Source of the DNA: an uncultured Syntrophaceae bacterium | GTDB taxonomy: Bacteria; Desulfobacterota; Syntrophia; Syntrophales; UBA4778 | DNA: 37,311 nt | Assembly: GCA_964464185.1 (NCBI GenBank) | Contig: CAYXFF010000001.1 | Location: 16,083 to 53,393, forward strand | Reading direction: 5' to 3' | Part shown: piece after piece, positions 17,392-26,011 of the stretch | Layout: the number at the start of each line of letters is the position of its first letter | Numbering within the stretch: position 1 is the stretch's first letter | Position numbers and translations under genes: made by a program | The notes under the pieces: model-generated | Database searches by the model: none | The model's input: only the letters and a program-made list of their open reading frames with translations | Told to the model about the DNA's origin: nothing

Positions 17392-17854
17392 TCTTTTCAA
17401 TGGCGTGTCTGAGGGCGGGAAGAATGAAGGAAAGGTTTTCCCTTGCCCCCTTCGGACTTCCCGGCAGATTGACAATCAGCGAATCCTTTCTGATTCCGGC
17501 CACAGCCCTCGATATCAAGGCGTGGGGAGTCAGCGTGGCGCTCTTCATCCGCATGAACTCGGTCAGGCCTGGGATTTCCTTTTCGATCACTTCGAGAGTG
17601 GCATCGGGGGTGACGTCGCGGGGACTCACTCCTGTTCCGCCGGTCGTCAGAATGAGATCCACTTTTTTTTCATCCGCAAATTCCATGATCTTTTCGGCGA
17701 TCAGGTTCTTGTCATCCGGAACCATGTCATAATGCACGACCACTATGTAGACGCTTTCGAGAAGAATCCGGATCTCCCGACTGCTTGTATCTTCCCGCTC
17801 ACCTCGAGAGCCCTTATCGCTAACGGTCAGGATTGCCGCCGTGATATCCGCCAT
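17360..17854 (-). CDS. Molybdenum cofactor biosynthesis protein, MogA/MoaB family
   Basis: AAILTVSDKGSRGEREDTS...LILTTGGTGVSPRDVTPDAT...NLPGSP motifs. 164 aa. Confidence 0.85.
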   Translation of the reverse strand: MADITAAILTVSDKGSRGEREDTSSREIRILLESVYIVVVHYDMVPDDKNLIAEKIMEFADEKKVDLILTTGGTGVSPRDVTPDATLEVIEKEIPGLTEFMRMKSATLTPHALISRAVAGIRKDSLIVNLPGSPKGARENLSFILPALRHAIEKIKGDPSECAT

Positions 17855-17856
17855 TT

Positions 17857-19938
17857 CTACTCTTCTTTTTTTGCCTTGGCCGCGGCAATGATCTTTTCCG
17901 CGATGAAAGGCGGAACTTCTTCGTAGTGTGAATGCCGATAGGTAAAGGTGCCGCGTCCGCTCGTGATGGATCTCAAATCAGGCGCGTAGGTCAGAATTTC
18001 CGCCAGGGGAGCCTGGCCCTTGATGATCTGATGGGATCCTTTCGTATCCATGCCAAGGACCCGGCCGCGGCGGCTGTTCAGATCTCCAATCACATCGCCC
18101 ATGTATTCATCTGGAATCTCGATGTCAATGGTCACAATGGGTTCCAGAAGCGTGGGCTGGCAGTCCATCATGCCTTTCTTGAAACCCATGGAGCCTGCGA
18201 TCTTGAAGGCCATTTCCGAGGAATCCACGGTATGGAAAGAACCATCCACGAGGGATACCCGGAAGTCCACGACAGGATATCCGGCTAAAGACCCTTCGAC
18301 CATGGCTTCCACGATGCCTTTTTCAACAGCGGGAATGTACTGCCGGGGGATGGCGCCGCCTATGATCTTATCCACGAACTCGAAACCGGAGCCCCGGGGC
18401 AGAGACTCGATCTCGAGCCACGTGTCCCCATACTGGCCCCTCCCGCCGGATTGCTTTTTGTACTTGCCTTGAACGCGCGTTTTCCCCTTGATGGTTTCCT
18501 TGTAAGGTACTTTGGGGGTTGTGAGATGGACCTCCACGCCGAATTTCCTTTTCAGTTTCTCGATGGTGATTTCGATATGCACCTGTCCCATCCCGGATAG
18601 AATAATTTCCTTGGTCTGATCATCGCGATGAAAGGATATGGATGGATCTTCTTCCACGAGCCTGTTCAGGGAGGTCATGATCTTGTCCTCGTCCCCCTTC
18701 GTCTTGGGCTGCACGGCGAAGGACATGACGGGAGGAAGAGACGGAATTTTTTCATAAACAATGGGAGATTTCTCGTCGCACATCGTATCGCCGGTCGTTG
18801 TTTCTTTCAGTTTCGCGACCGACGCGATGTCACCGGGGACCAGAGATTCAGCCGGCTTCTGGACTTTTCCCTCAAGAAAGGAGATGTTTCCAAAGCGTTC
18901 CGCGGCCTTCTTGGAGGGGTTGTAAAAGTTGGCATCCGAAGTGGCCGTTCCTGAGTAAACCCTGAAAATCGTCAGTTTGCCGGCATAGGGGTCGGCAATG
19001 GTTTTAAAGACAAAGCCTGAAAAGGGTGCGCCGGGATCGGGCCGTCTTTCCTCGACCGTGTCCTTGCCGGGTTTTTTTCCCTTCACGGGACCGAGGTCTA
19101 CAGGGGAGGGAAGGTAACGGACGATCATGTCCATCAACGGCTTGATGCCGATATTTTTTAAAGCGGATCCGCAGATCACCGGGATCAAGTCACCGGAATT
19201 GACCCCTTTACGGATACCGGATTTCAACTCATCGGGTTCAAGATCGCCCTTGTCAAGATAGCGGTCCATGAGACCCTCTTCACATTCGGCCACATCCTCG
19301 ACCATCGTTTCTCTGTACCGGGTGGCCATCTCCTTCAAAGGATCCGGAATTTCTTCCGATTTGAAATTTCCCTTGGTTTCATCAAAGATGAGCGCTTTCA
19401 TCGCGATGAGATCTATGAGGCCTCTGAACTGATCCTCGCTGCCGATGGGGAGGTAAAGGGGCGTGATCTTTTTTCCGAAGGAGCTCCTGACGCTTTCAAG
19501 AGACTTATTGTAATCGGCTCTTTCGCGGTCCATCTTGTTGACATAAACGACACGCGGGAGCAAAAATTGGTCGGCGTATTCCCAGACCTTTTCCGTCTGA
19601 AATTCGACACCGCCCACGGCGTCGATGACAATGACAACGCTGTCCACCACGCGCAGGCTGTTGAGCGTATCCGTCGCAAAATTTGAATCACCGGGCGTAT
19701 CCACGATGTTGATTTTTCCCTTTTCCCAGTCAAAGAAATTGACGGCGGCGTTGATGGAGATGTGCCTTTTTTGCTCTTCAGGCTCAAAATCCATGCTGGA
19801 CGATCCGTCGTCGACTCTTCCGAGCCGGTCCGTCTTGCCCGAAACGTAGAGAAAGGACTCGCAGAGGGAGGTCTTGCCTGTTCCACCGTGTCCCACCACA
19901 GCCACATTTCTCAGAGAATTCGATTCATATTTTGCCAT
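17857..19938 (-). CDS. fusA: Elongation factor G paralogue (EF-G-like GTPase with atypical G1/G3 motifs)
   Basis: 693 aa with full five-domain EF-G collinearity (NKMD, SALK, KKQSGGRGQYG, domain V). G1 reads GHGGTGKTS and G3 reads DTPGDSNF instead of DTPGH. Confidence 0.85.
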   Translation of the reverse strand: MAKYESNSLRNVAVVGHGGTGKTSLCESFLYVSGKTDRLGRVDDGSSSMDFEPEEQKRHISINAAVNFFDWEKGKINIVDTPGDSNFATDTLNSLRVVDSVVIVIDAVGGVEFQTEKVWEYADQFLLPRVVYVNKMDRERADYNKSLESVRSSFGKKITPLYLPIGSEDQFRGLIDLIAMKALIFDETKGNFKSEEIPDPLKEMATRYRETMVEDVAECEEGLMDRYLDKGDLEPDELKSGIRKGVNSGDLIPVICGSALKNIGIKPLMDMIVRYLPSPVDLGPVKGKKPGKDTVEERRPDPGAPFSGFVFKTIADPYAGKLTIFRVYSGTATSDANFYNPSKKAAERFGNISFLEGKVQKPAESLVPGDIASVAKLKETTTGDTMCDEKSPIVYEKIPSLPPVMSFAVQPKTKGDEDKIMTSLNRLVEEDPSISFHRDDQTKEIILSGMGQVHIEITIEKLKRKFGVEVHLTTPKVPYKETIKGKTRVQGKYKKQSGGRGQYGDTWLEIESLPRGSGFEFVDKIIGGAIPRQYIPAVEKGIVEAMVEGSLAGYPVVDFRVSLVDGSFHTVDSSEMAFKIAGSMGFKKGMMDCQPTLLEPIVTIDIEIPDEYMGDVIGDLNSRRGRVLGMDTKGSHQIIKGQAPLAEILTYAPDLRSITSGRGTFTYRHSHYEEVPPFIAEKIIAAAKAKKEE

Positions 19939-20047
19939 AGTTACTCCTTTCTATACCAGAGAACCGCTATAATCATTTAGAATCAAATTTGTCTATCTTA
20001 CCTGTGAAATCAAAGTCAAGATAATTTTAGCCAAAAGGACGGTTCTC

Positions 20048-20076
20048 TTGACAGATGAATGGATTTAAAGTATAAA
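20048..20076 (+). promoter_or_regulatory. Near-consensus sigma70 promoter TTGACA-N17-TATAAA for the biotin carboxylase operon
   Basis: TTGACA at 20048-20053, a 17-nt spacer, and TATAAA at 20071-20076. This leaves a leader of about 100 nt. Confidence 0.6.
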
Positions 20077-20180
20077 AAAAACTTTTCCATTAAACAAAAT
20101 CGCTGGATCTTTCTGCCGCCCCCTGTGCTGAACATCAGGGACTCTGCGGGGAGATGACGGAAAGGGAGGCAACGTTAAGA

Positions 20181-21644
20181 ATGAAGACGCAAAAGATACG
20201 AAAGATAAGAAAGATACTCATCGCGAACCGCGGGGAAATCGCTCTCAGGATCATCCGGACCGTGAAGGAACTAGGACTTGATGCCGTAGCCGTGTATGAG
20301 AAGCCGGACAGCGAGGCCTATTTTCTCCGCTTCGCGGATGAAGCCGTCATGATCGGTGACGGACCCCGGAAAGATTATCTCAACATCGAAAAGATGATAT
20401 GGGCTGCTCGAAACAGCGGAGCCGATGCCATTCACCCCGGTTACGGATTTCTGGCGGAAAACGCCGATTTTTCAGACGCCTGTGAGAAGGCGGGAATCGT
20501 TTTCATCGGACCGCCTCCCCAGGTGATCCGTGATCTGGGCAATAAGGTCGTGGCAAGAGAAATCATGGAAAGGGCGGGGATCCCCTTTATACCGGGAACG
20601 AAAAATCTGCGCCATGGAGATGAGGGAATAAAAGACGCCTTGGCGTTCGCGAAGACAGCGGGTTACCCCATCATGCTGAAGGCGACTTCCGGCGGTGGGG
20701 GCCGAGGGATCAGGAAAGTACAGAACGAAGCGGAACTGAAGTCCCAACTTCCCATGGCAAGAGCGGAGGCCCTTTCCGCATTCAATGACGACAGCATCTA
20801 CATTGAAAAGCTCATCGAATCGCCCCGGCATGTGGAAATTCAAATCCTGGCGGATCGCTACGGGAATATCATTCATCTGGGTTCACGCGATTGCTCGATT
20901 CAGCGAAGACACCAGAAGCTGCTTGAAATAGCGCCGGCGGATCTTCCGGCGGATGTGATTGAAGTCATGCATCAAACAGCTATACGGGCTGCCCGTGAGG
21001 CCGGTTATGTCAATGCCGGAACGGTCGAGTTTCTGGTTGATCCGAAAACCAACAAATTCTGGTTCATGGAAGTCAATACAAGGCTGCAGGTGGAACATAC
21101 GGTCACGGAGATGCTCACCGGTGTGGATATTGTCAGGCAGCAGGTCCTGATCGCCGAAGGAAATCCTCTTGAAATACCCAAAGAAAGGGTTCAGCTGACA
21201 GGCCGTGCCATCCAGGTGAGAATCAACGCAGAAGACCCGAAGAACAACTTCATGCCCGAGGGAGGAAAGCGGGTAGAGGTCTATCAGTCCCCCGGCGGAC
21301 CTGGAATAAGGCTGGACGGCATCGTTTACCAGGGCTATAAAATTCCCACGGACTATGACTCTTTGCTGGTTAAGTTGACGGTCAGGGGCTACGAGTGGGA
21401 GCCCACGATCCAGAGACTGAAGAGGGCATTGAATGATTTTCTGATCGTGGGGCCGAGTACCACCATCCCTTTCTATCTGGCGATCTGTGATGAGCCGGAC
21501 TTCAGGCGCGGTGTTTTCGACACGGGATATCTGGATACTCACCCGGACATTTTCAATTATCCTGAACCCGAGCGCGAAATAGCCAAGCTGGCCAAGCTCA
21601 TAGCAGAGATTCATTCGAAGAAAATGAACCCCTATGCCGCGTGA
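20181..21644 (+). CDS. Biotin carboxylase subunit (pyruvate carboxylase subunit A / AccC type)
   Basis: ATP-grasp biotin carboxylase (KILIANRGEIALRIIR..., GGGGRGIR, EVNTRLQVEH). ATG at 20181 lies after GGGAGG. Confidence 0.9.
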   Translation: MKTQKIRKIRKILIANRGEIALRIIRTVKELGLDAVAVYEKPDSEAYFLRFADEAVMIGDGPRKDYLNIEKMIWAARNSGADAIHPGYGFLAENADFSDACEKAGIVFIGPPPQVIRDLGNKVVAREIMERAGIPFIPGTKNLRHGDEGIKDALAFAKTAGYPIMLKATSGGGGRGIRKVQNEAELKSQLPMARAEALSAFNDDSIYIEKLIESPRHVEIQILADRYGNIIHLGSRDCSIQRRHQKLLEIAPADLPADVIEVMHQTAIRAAREAGYVNAGTVEFLVDPKTNKFWFMEVNTRLQVEHTVTEMLTGVDIVRQQVLIAEGNPLEIPKERVQLTGRAIQVRINAEDPKNNFMPEGGKRVEVYQSPGGPGIRLDGIVYQGYKIPTDYDSLLVKLTVRGYEWEPTIQRLKRALNDFLIVGPSTTIPFYLAICDEPDFRRGVFDTGYLDTHPDIFNYPEPEREIAKLAKLIAEIHSKKMNPYAA

Positions 21645-21697
21645 TCGGCTGAAAAAGGGACTAAAGAAGTTCAACCAAAAGCTGTTTGAGGAGTTTC

Positions 21698-23647
21698 ATG
21701 GCTATGAAAATATCACAGGAGATTTTAAACGAAAGAATCACTCCGGCTGATTTCATAAAAAAAGGCGCCCCACATATCCTTGACAGGCTGAGAAAAGCCG
21801 AAGGATTCTATCTGACCAATACGGAAAGAGACCTGTCCCAATCCGATTTCAAAAATCGAGTCATGCCTCACACGCAGATCCTTGTTTCGGCGGAAAGAAA
21901 CGCGGCGGGATTCTTTTCCATAGAGATTTCGGGCGGTGCCTCCGTTCATGTAGACATGCTTAGAAAACAGATGAATCCACTCGAGAAACTCGAGATTCTT
22001 AGCAGTTACATGCCGGATACCCTGTTCCAGACCCTCTGCCGAGGGATCAATCTTTTTGGATATCGTCCTTACCCGGAAAATGTCATCCGCATGACCGTGC
22101 AAAGCTTCGCGCGTTACATCCAGGTATGGCGTGTCTTCGATTTTCTGAACTACATCCCCAACATGATCCCTGTTTTCGAAGAGGTGAAAGCCGCGGGCTG
22201 CATTCTGGAGCCCTCCATCTGCTTTTCGACAGGCCCGGAACACACCGATGAGTTTTACATCAGAAAGGTCCGCGAGATCATTGACGTGACAGGGGAAGAC
22301 ATCATTCTCTGCATCAAAAATCATGCGGGACTGGGAACGCAGAAAAGAATAGGAGACCTTGTTCACGCTATTTTGCAGAGATATACGGATCTCATCATCC
22401 ACTACCACGGTCACAACACCGACGGTAACGATATCGGGCGCACTGTGGAGGCCGTCCGGAACGGCGCCAAGATCGTGAACGGGGGCGATCACGCTTTCAC
22501 GGGATTTTACGGACCCCCTCCGCTGCTGACTATTATTGAAACGCTGGAAGACTACGGCCACCATGCCATGGGCATCGATCGACAGGCCATCATCGACACA
22601 TCGAACCGTCTGAGGCCGGAACGAGAATATTACCGGGAATTCGAGTCTCAATTCCTTGGATTTGATCCAACGGTTCAGATCCACAAACTGCCCGGCGGCG
22701 CCACGGGGTCAAGTTTTGAGCAGGCGGTCAAGGGCGGTTTTCTCCACCTCATGCCCCAGATGCTTCAGGAAGAGCTGCCGAAGGTCCAGGTGGAACTGGG
22801 CAACTGGTGGAGTGTGACCCCGGGTTCACAGATTTTGTGGACGGCTGCGGTGAACAACGTTTTGAAGAAAGCCCGTTACAAAGATGTCAACGATGATCTC
22901 AAGAATCTCATGCTTGAGCGCTACGGGGAATTCCCCTTTTACAAACCGGCCGACTGGATCTACGAGACAATTTTCGGAAAGGACTGGAAAAAAATTGTTG
23001 AACGGGACGGCGGCTATCAGAAGATAGAGGATATTGATATTGATATTGAGAGGCGAGTTCTGGAGCACCGGATGGGAAGGAAGGCCACCGATGACGAACT
23101 GGTTCTCTATCTGCAGCATCCAAATGATGCGGTGAGTTTCTTCAAGTTCCAGGAAAAATTCGGCAAGACATGGGCTCTTCCGCCGAAGATATGGTTCCAC
23201 AGGGGAGGCTTTAATCTGGGTGACAGATTCGAGTTCCCGGACGCGTACGGAAAGCTTCACAATATTGAGATAGGACCGCAGAGGAGAACAAAAGCGGGCG
23301 ATTTTATTACCTATGTTGTGATCGACCATCATACAGAGCCTATCCTTACGACCATGGACGAGGACGCAAAACGTGAAAAAGCAAAACCCACGCTGTCCGC
23401 CAAGGAGATATCCGCTCTGGCCAAGTCCGGGGATATCCGATCCCCCATCAAAGGAACGGTGAATGAGGTTCCTGCAAGCAGCGGAAGTGATGTGTCTGCC
23501 GGCGAGGTCCTTATCGTCCTTGAAGCCATGAAGATGTTGACCAACGTTCTCTCAGAAGTGAATGGGACGATTTCGGAAATTTTTGTTTCTCCTGGAGATG
23601 CCATTGACGCAGGGGATCCGCTGGTCATGATCACTCTGCCGGGATAA
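21698..23647 (+). CDS. Carboxyltransferase (HMGL-like TIM barrel + PYC_OADA domain) fused to a biotinyl carrier domain; pyruvate carboxylase subunit B / OadA-like but divergent
   Basis: Collinear with PycB/OadA (…RD..QS…, LCRGINLFGYRPY, HYHGHNTDG, HKLPGGATGS…TPGSQI), with a C-terminal EAMKM biotinylation motif. ATG at 21698 lies after GAGGAG. Confidence 0.8.
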   Translation: MAMKISQEILNERITPADFIKKGAPHILDRLRKAEGFYLTNTERDLSQSDFKNRVMPHTQILVSAERNAAGFFSIEISGGASVHVDMLRKQMNPLEKLEILSSYMPDTLFQTLCRGINLFGYRPYPENVIRMTVQSFARYIQVWRVFDFLNYIPNMIPVFEEVKAAGCILEPSICFSTGPEHTDEFYIRKVREIIDVTGEDIILCIKNHAGLGTQKRIGDLVHAILQRYTDLIIHYHGHNTDGNDIGRTVEAVRNGAKIVNGGDHAFTGFYGPPPLLTIIETLEDYGHHAMGIDRQAIIDTSNRLRPEREYYREFESQFLGFDPTVQIHKLPGGATGSSFEQAVKGGFLHLMPQMLQEELPKVQVELGNWWSVTPGSQILWTAAVNNVLKKARYKDVNDDLKNLMLERYGEFPFYKPADWIYETIFGKDWKKIVERDGGYQKIEDIDIDIERRVLEHRMGRKATDDELVLYLQHPNDAVSFFKFQEKFGKTWALPPKIWFHRGGFNLGDRFEFPDAYGKLHNIEIGPQRRTKAGDFITYVVIDHHTEPILTTMDEDAKREKAKPTLSAKEISALAKSGDIRSPIKGTVNEVPASSGSDVSAGEVLIVLEAMKMLTNVLSEVNGTISEIFVSPGDAIDAGDPLVMITLPG

Positions 23648-23692
23648 GACGTATGAATGCGGCTGGAATCAACGGCCGTGCGGAGAAGAGTC

Positions 23693-24472
23693 GTGCCGGA
23701 ACTCCCCGAAGTTGAAACAGTGTGCAGGCAGTTCGCTCGTGTTCTTTCAGCCGCCGTTCTTCAATCGGTGATTGTCTATGATAAAAAGCTCCTTCACATC
23801 CATATTCCAAAGGGACGTAAAGTTCAATCCGTCAGGCGCTGCGGAAAATCAGTGGAGATTCTCTTTGAAGGTTCTGTGTCCCTTCTGATTCATCTGCGCA
23901 TGACAGGACGATTATGCTGGACGACAGATAAGACACGGCCTCTATACAGCAGGTGGGTCATCGTGTTTGACGCGGGGCGCTTGCATCTTGTGGACCCCAG
24001 GAGGTTTGCCACCGTATCTCTCAAAGGATCTTCCACGGGAAGAGGCGCCGTCCTTGATCCCATGGAGGAACTGAGCGGCCGTGATCTTTTGAGAGCGTCC
24101 TCGGGAAGGCGTCTTCCTGTAAAGAATTTTTTAATGGATCAGAAAATCATCGGTGGCATAGGAAACATATACGCCTGTGAGGTGCTGCATCGTGCCGGGA
24201 TCAGCCCCTGGCGGAGGGCCTGCGACCTCGATGAAATTCGCTGGAAACGGGTTTTGAAGGCGTTGCAGTTCATACTTGAAAAAGCGATTCAATGCGGGGG
24301 GACAACGATCTCCGACTGGTCGGATCTTTTCGGCCGAAAGGGATTGTATCAAAAGCATTTAAGCGTTTACGGCCGAAAAGGGAAACCTTGTCCGAGGTGC
24401 GGAGCTCCAGTCATACGGACGATATTAAGCGGCAGGGCTACATTTTTTTGCACATCATGTCAGGAGTCGTAA
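23693..24472 (+). CDS. mutM: Formamidopyrimidine-DNA glycosylase
   Basis: GTG at 23693 gives the obligatory M-PELPEVE N-terminus (catalytic Pro2). H2TH region and a C-terminal zinc finger (CPRCGAPV...FFCTSCQ) are present. The track start at 23657 would bury Pro2. Confidence 0.9.
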   Translation: MPELPEVETVCRQFARVLSAAVLQSVIVYDKKLLHIHIPKGRKVQSVRRCGKSVEILFEGSVSLLIHLRMTGRLCWTTDKTRPLYSRWVIVFDAGRLHLVDPRRFATVSLKGSSTGRGAVLDPMEELSGRDLLRASSGRRLPVKNFLMDQKIIGGIGNIYACEVLHRAGISPWRRACDLDEIRWKRVLKALQFILEKAIQCGGTTISDWSDLFGRKGLYQKHLSVYGRKGKPCPRCGAPVIRTILSGRATFFCTSCQES

Positions 24473-24499
24473 AATCATCAAAGGGAAAGAGGTCCAAAA

Positions 24500-24664
24500 A
24501 TGAAAAAATATGAATGCACCGTTTGTGGGTATATATATGATCCCGCAGAAGGGGATAAGGAGGGAGGTATAAAAGCCGGGACCCCCTTCAGTGACCTTCC
24601 AGACGATTGGAATTGCCCGGTCTGTGGTGCTGCGAAGGACATGTTTGAACCCATAACCGAATAG
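24500..24664 (+). CDS. Rubredoxin
   Basis: A 54-aa ORF below the track cutoff: [54 protein letters not shown]. It has both CxxCG knuckles and the canonical rubredoxin spacing, and a purine-rich Shine-Dalgarno lies upstream. Confidence 0.9.
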   Translation: MKKYECTVCGYIYDPAEGDKEGGIKAGTPFSDLPDDWNCPVCGAAKDMFEPITE

Positions 24665-24767
24665 ACCACACCCGGAATCACGATCAACCATTCGATTTGG
24701 GGCAATGATATAACTTTTCGTATTCATGATGTATTGTGACAAAATGATTCATCCGGGCAATCAGGTC

Positions 24768-24795
24768 TTGACAAGCTTTATTTTTATGGTAGATT
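24768..24795 (+). promoter_or_regulatory. sigma70-like promoter TTGACA-N16-(TGg)TAGATT upstream of the second M23 peptidase gene
   Basis: Consensus -35 at 24768-24773, and an extended -10 (TG at 24787-24788, TAGATT at 24790-24795). Confidence 0.5.
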
Positions 24796-24857
24796 TCCCA
24801 CGATGCGTTTGCCTTGTCATTGCCTGAGTGAAAACAATCTGTCTGGAAGGAGATGAA

Positions 24858-25913
24858 GTGGCAAAGGAAGTTCTTTCAAGAATCATCTTTTACTTCAGAT
24901 ACTTTTTTTCTCATATGCAGATTTTGATCATCAAGATGCACGATGTGCTTGCCTCGGCATTGTCAGGACTAATTGGAATCTGGAAAAGGATGACAAGATT
25001 TCTCAAGACCTCGAGGGATCATTACACGGTTTTGATTGTTCCACAGAAGAAAAGTTCTGTCAGAAAGATCAACGCTTCCAGCAACGCGGTACGGTTGATT
25101 ACGATAGCGGCCGTCATCGTTTCGATGTCCTTTCTTTACATCTTCTATGAATTTCTCACAGCCAAAAGGGATAATTTCGAATTATACGAATTGAGAAAGC
25201 TTTCCTCGGCTCAGAGAGAGCAGATTCAAAGGATAGCCTCCAAAATCGGCTATTTTGAGAAGAAAATGGAAAGCCTGAAGGAATACGACAACAAGATCAG
25301 ATCCATGGCGGACATGTTCAGACAGGAAAAACAGGAGAGAGCGCCTTACAGAGGCGTCGGGGGACCGTCTCCTGATCATTACGGATCGACCACTTCCGGC
25401 AACGATGCGGCCGTGATGGGCCGGATAAGCAAGAGCATGGATCAATTGATCCAGGAGGCATCGAACCAGGAAAGAAGTTTCAAGGAAATCATTGAATTTC
25501 TTGAAAAGAGAAAATCCATCCTGGCAAGAACGCCTTCCATCTGGCCTGTGGAGGGATGGGTCACGTCAGGGTTCGGCATGAGGCGTTCTCCGTTTTCGGG
25601 CAGGAGGGAATTTCACGGCGCCATAGATATAGCATCGCGAAGCGGAAAAGAAATAATCGCTCCGGCGGACGGGATTGTTTCAATCGTGGAGCACCGATCG
25701 GATTTGGGAAACACCGTTACGCTTGATCACGGAAACGGGTTAACAACCGCCTATGCCCATCTCCTGAGGAGCAGCGTGCAAAAGGGGAAAAGCGTCCGCA
25801 GGGGGGAAGTCATCGGATACGTGGGCAGCACAGGAAGAAGCACGGGGCCGCACCTCCACTATGTCGTACAAATAAACGGTGTGCCGGTGAATCCTCGGAA
25901 GTATCTGCCTTGA
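24858..25913 (+). CDS. M23 family metallopeptidase with coiled-coil N-terminal region
   Basis: C-terminal M23 motifs (HGAIDIAS...GNTVTLDHGNGLTTAYAHL...TGRSTGPHLHY). The start is uncertain. GTG at 24858 lies 5 nt after GGAAGGAG. An internal ATG at 24990 (MTRFLKTSRDHYTVLIVPQ) is an equally plausible biological start. The track start is GTG at 24828. Confidence 0.8.
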   Translation: MAKEVLSRIIFYFRYFFSHMQILIIKMHDVLASALSGLIGIWKRMTRFLKTSRDHYTVLIVPQKKSSVRKINASSNAVRLITIAAVIVSMSFLYIFYEFLTAKRDNFELYELRKLSSAQREQIQRIASKIGYFEKKMESLKEYDNKIRSMADMFRQEKQERAPYRGVGGPSPDHYGSTTSGNDAAVMGRISKSMDQLIQEASNQERSFKEIIEFLEKRKSILARTPSIWPVEGWVTSGFGMRRSPFSGRREFHGAIDIASRSGKEIIAPADGIVSIVEHRSDLGNTVTLDHGNGLTTAYAHLLRSSVQKGKSVRRGEVIGYVGSTGRSTGPHLHYVVQINGVPVNPRKYLP

Positions 25914-25970
25914 TATAGATACGAGGATGTTCCAACATCTTGCAGAAAATGAATGAAAGGCAATGAAATT

Positions 25971-25997
25971 CCGGTAAATCATTACCGGTTTTTTTTT
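25971..25997 (+). terminator. Rho-independent terminator after the M23 peptidase gene
   Basis: Perfect 7-bp stem CCGGTAA/TTACCGG (25971-25977 pairs with 25982-25988), a 4-nt loop, then a run of nine T (25989-25997). Confidence 0.8.
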
Positions 25998-26011
25998 CGG
26001 ACGGGTAGACC

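Noticed and set aside
20883-22684. 263-aa and 319-aa ORFs antisense to the biotin carboxylase and carboxyltransferase genes (20883-21674 and 21725-22684)
   Set aside because: Both are codon-aligned shadow frames of strongly supported sense genes. They have no independent signals and no protein-like composition.
23030-23047. Tandem GATATT x3
   Set aside because: It lies inside the carboxyltransferase coding sequence and simply encodes DIDIDI in an acidic linker. It is too short and too isolated to be a repeat element.
24671-24757. Long-range complementarity (CCCGGAATCA pairs with TGATTC-AT-CCGGG) enclosing about 64 nt downstream of rubredoxin; considered as an sRNA or terminator
   Set aside because: The stem is interrupted and not followed by a U-tract. 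The interior is AT-rich without further convincing helices. It cannot be told from chance without comparative data.
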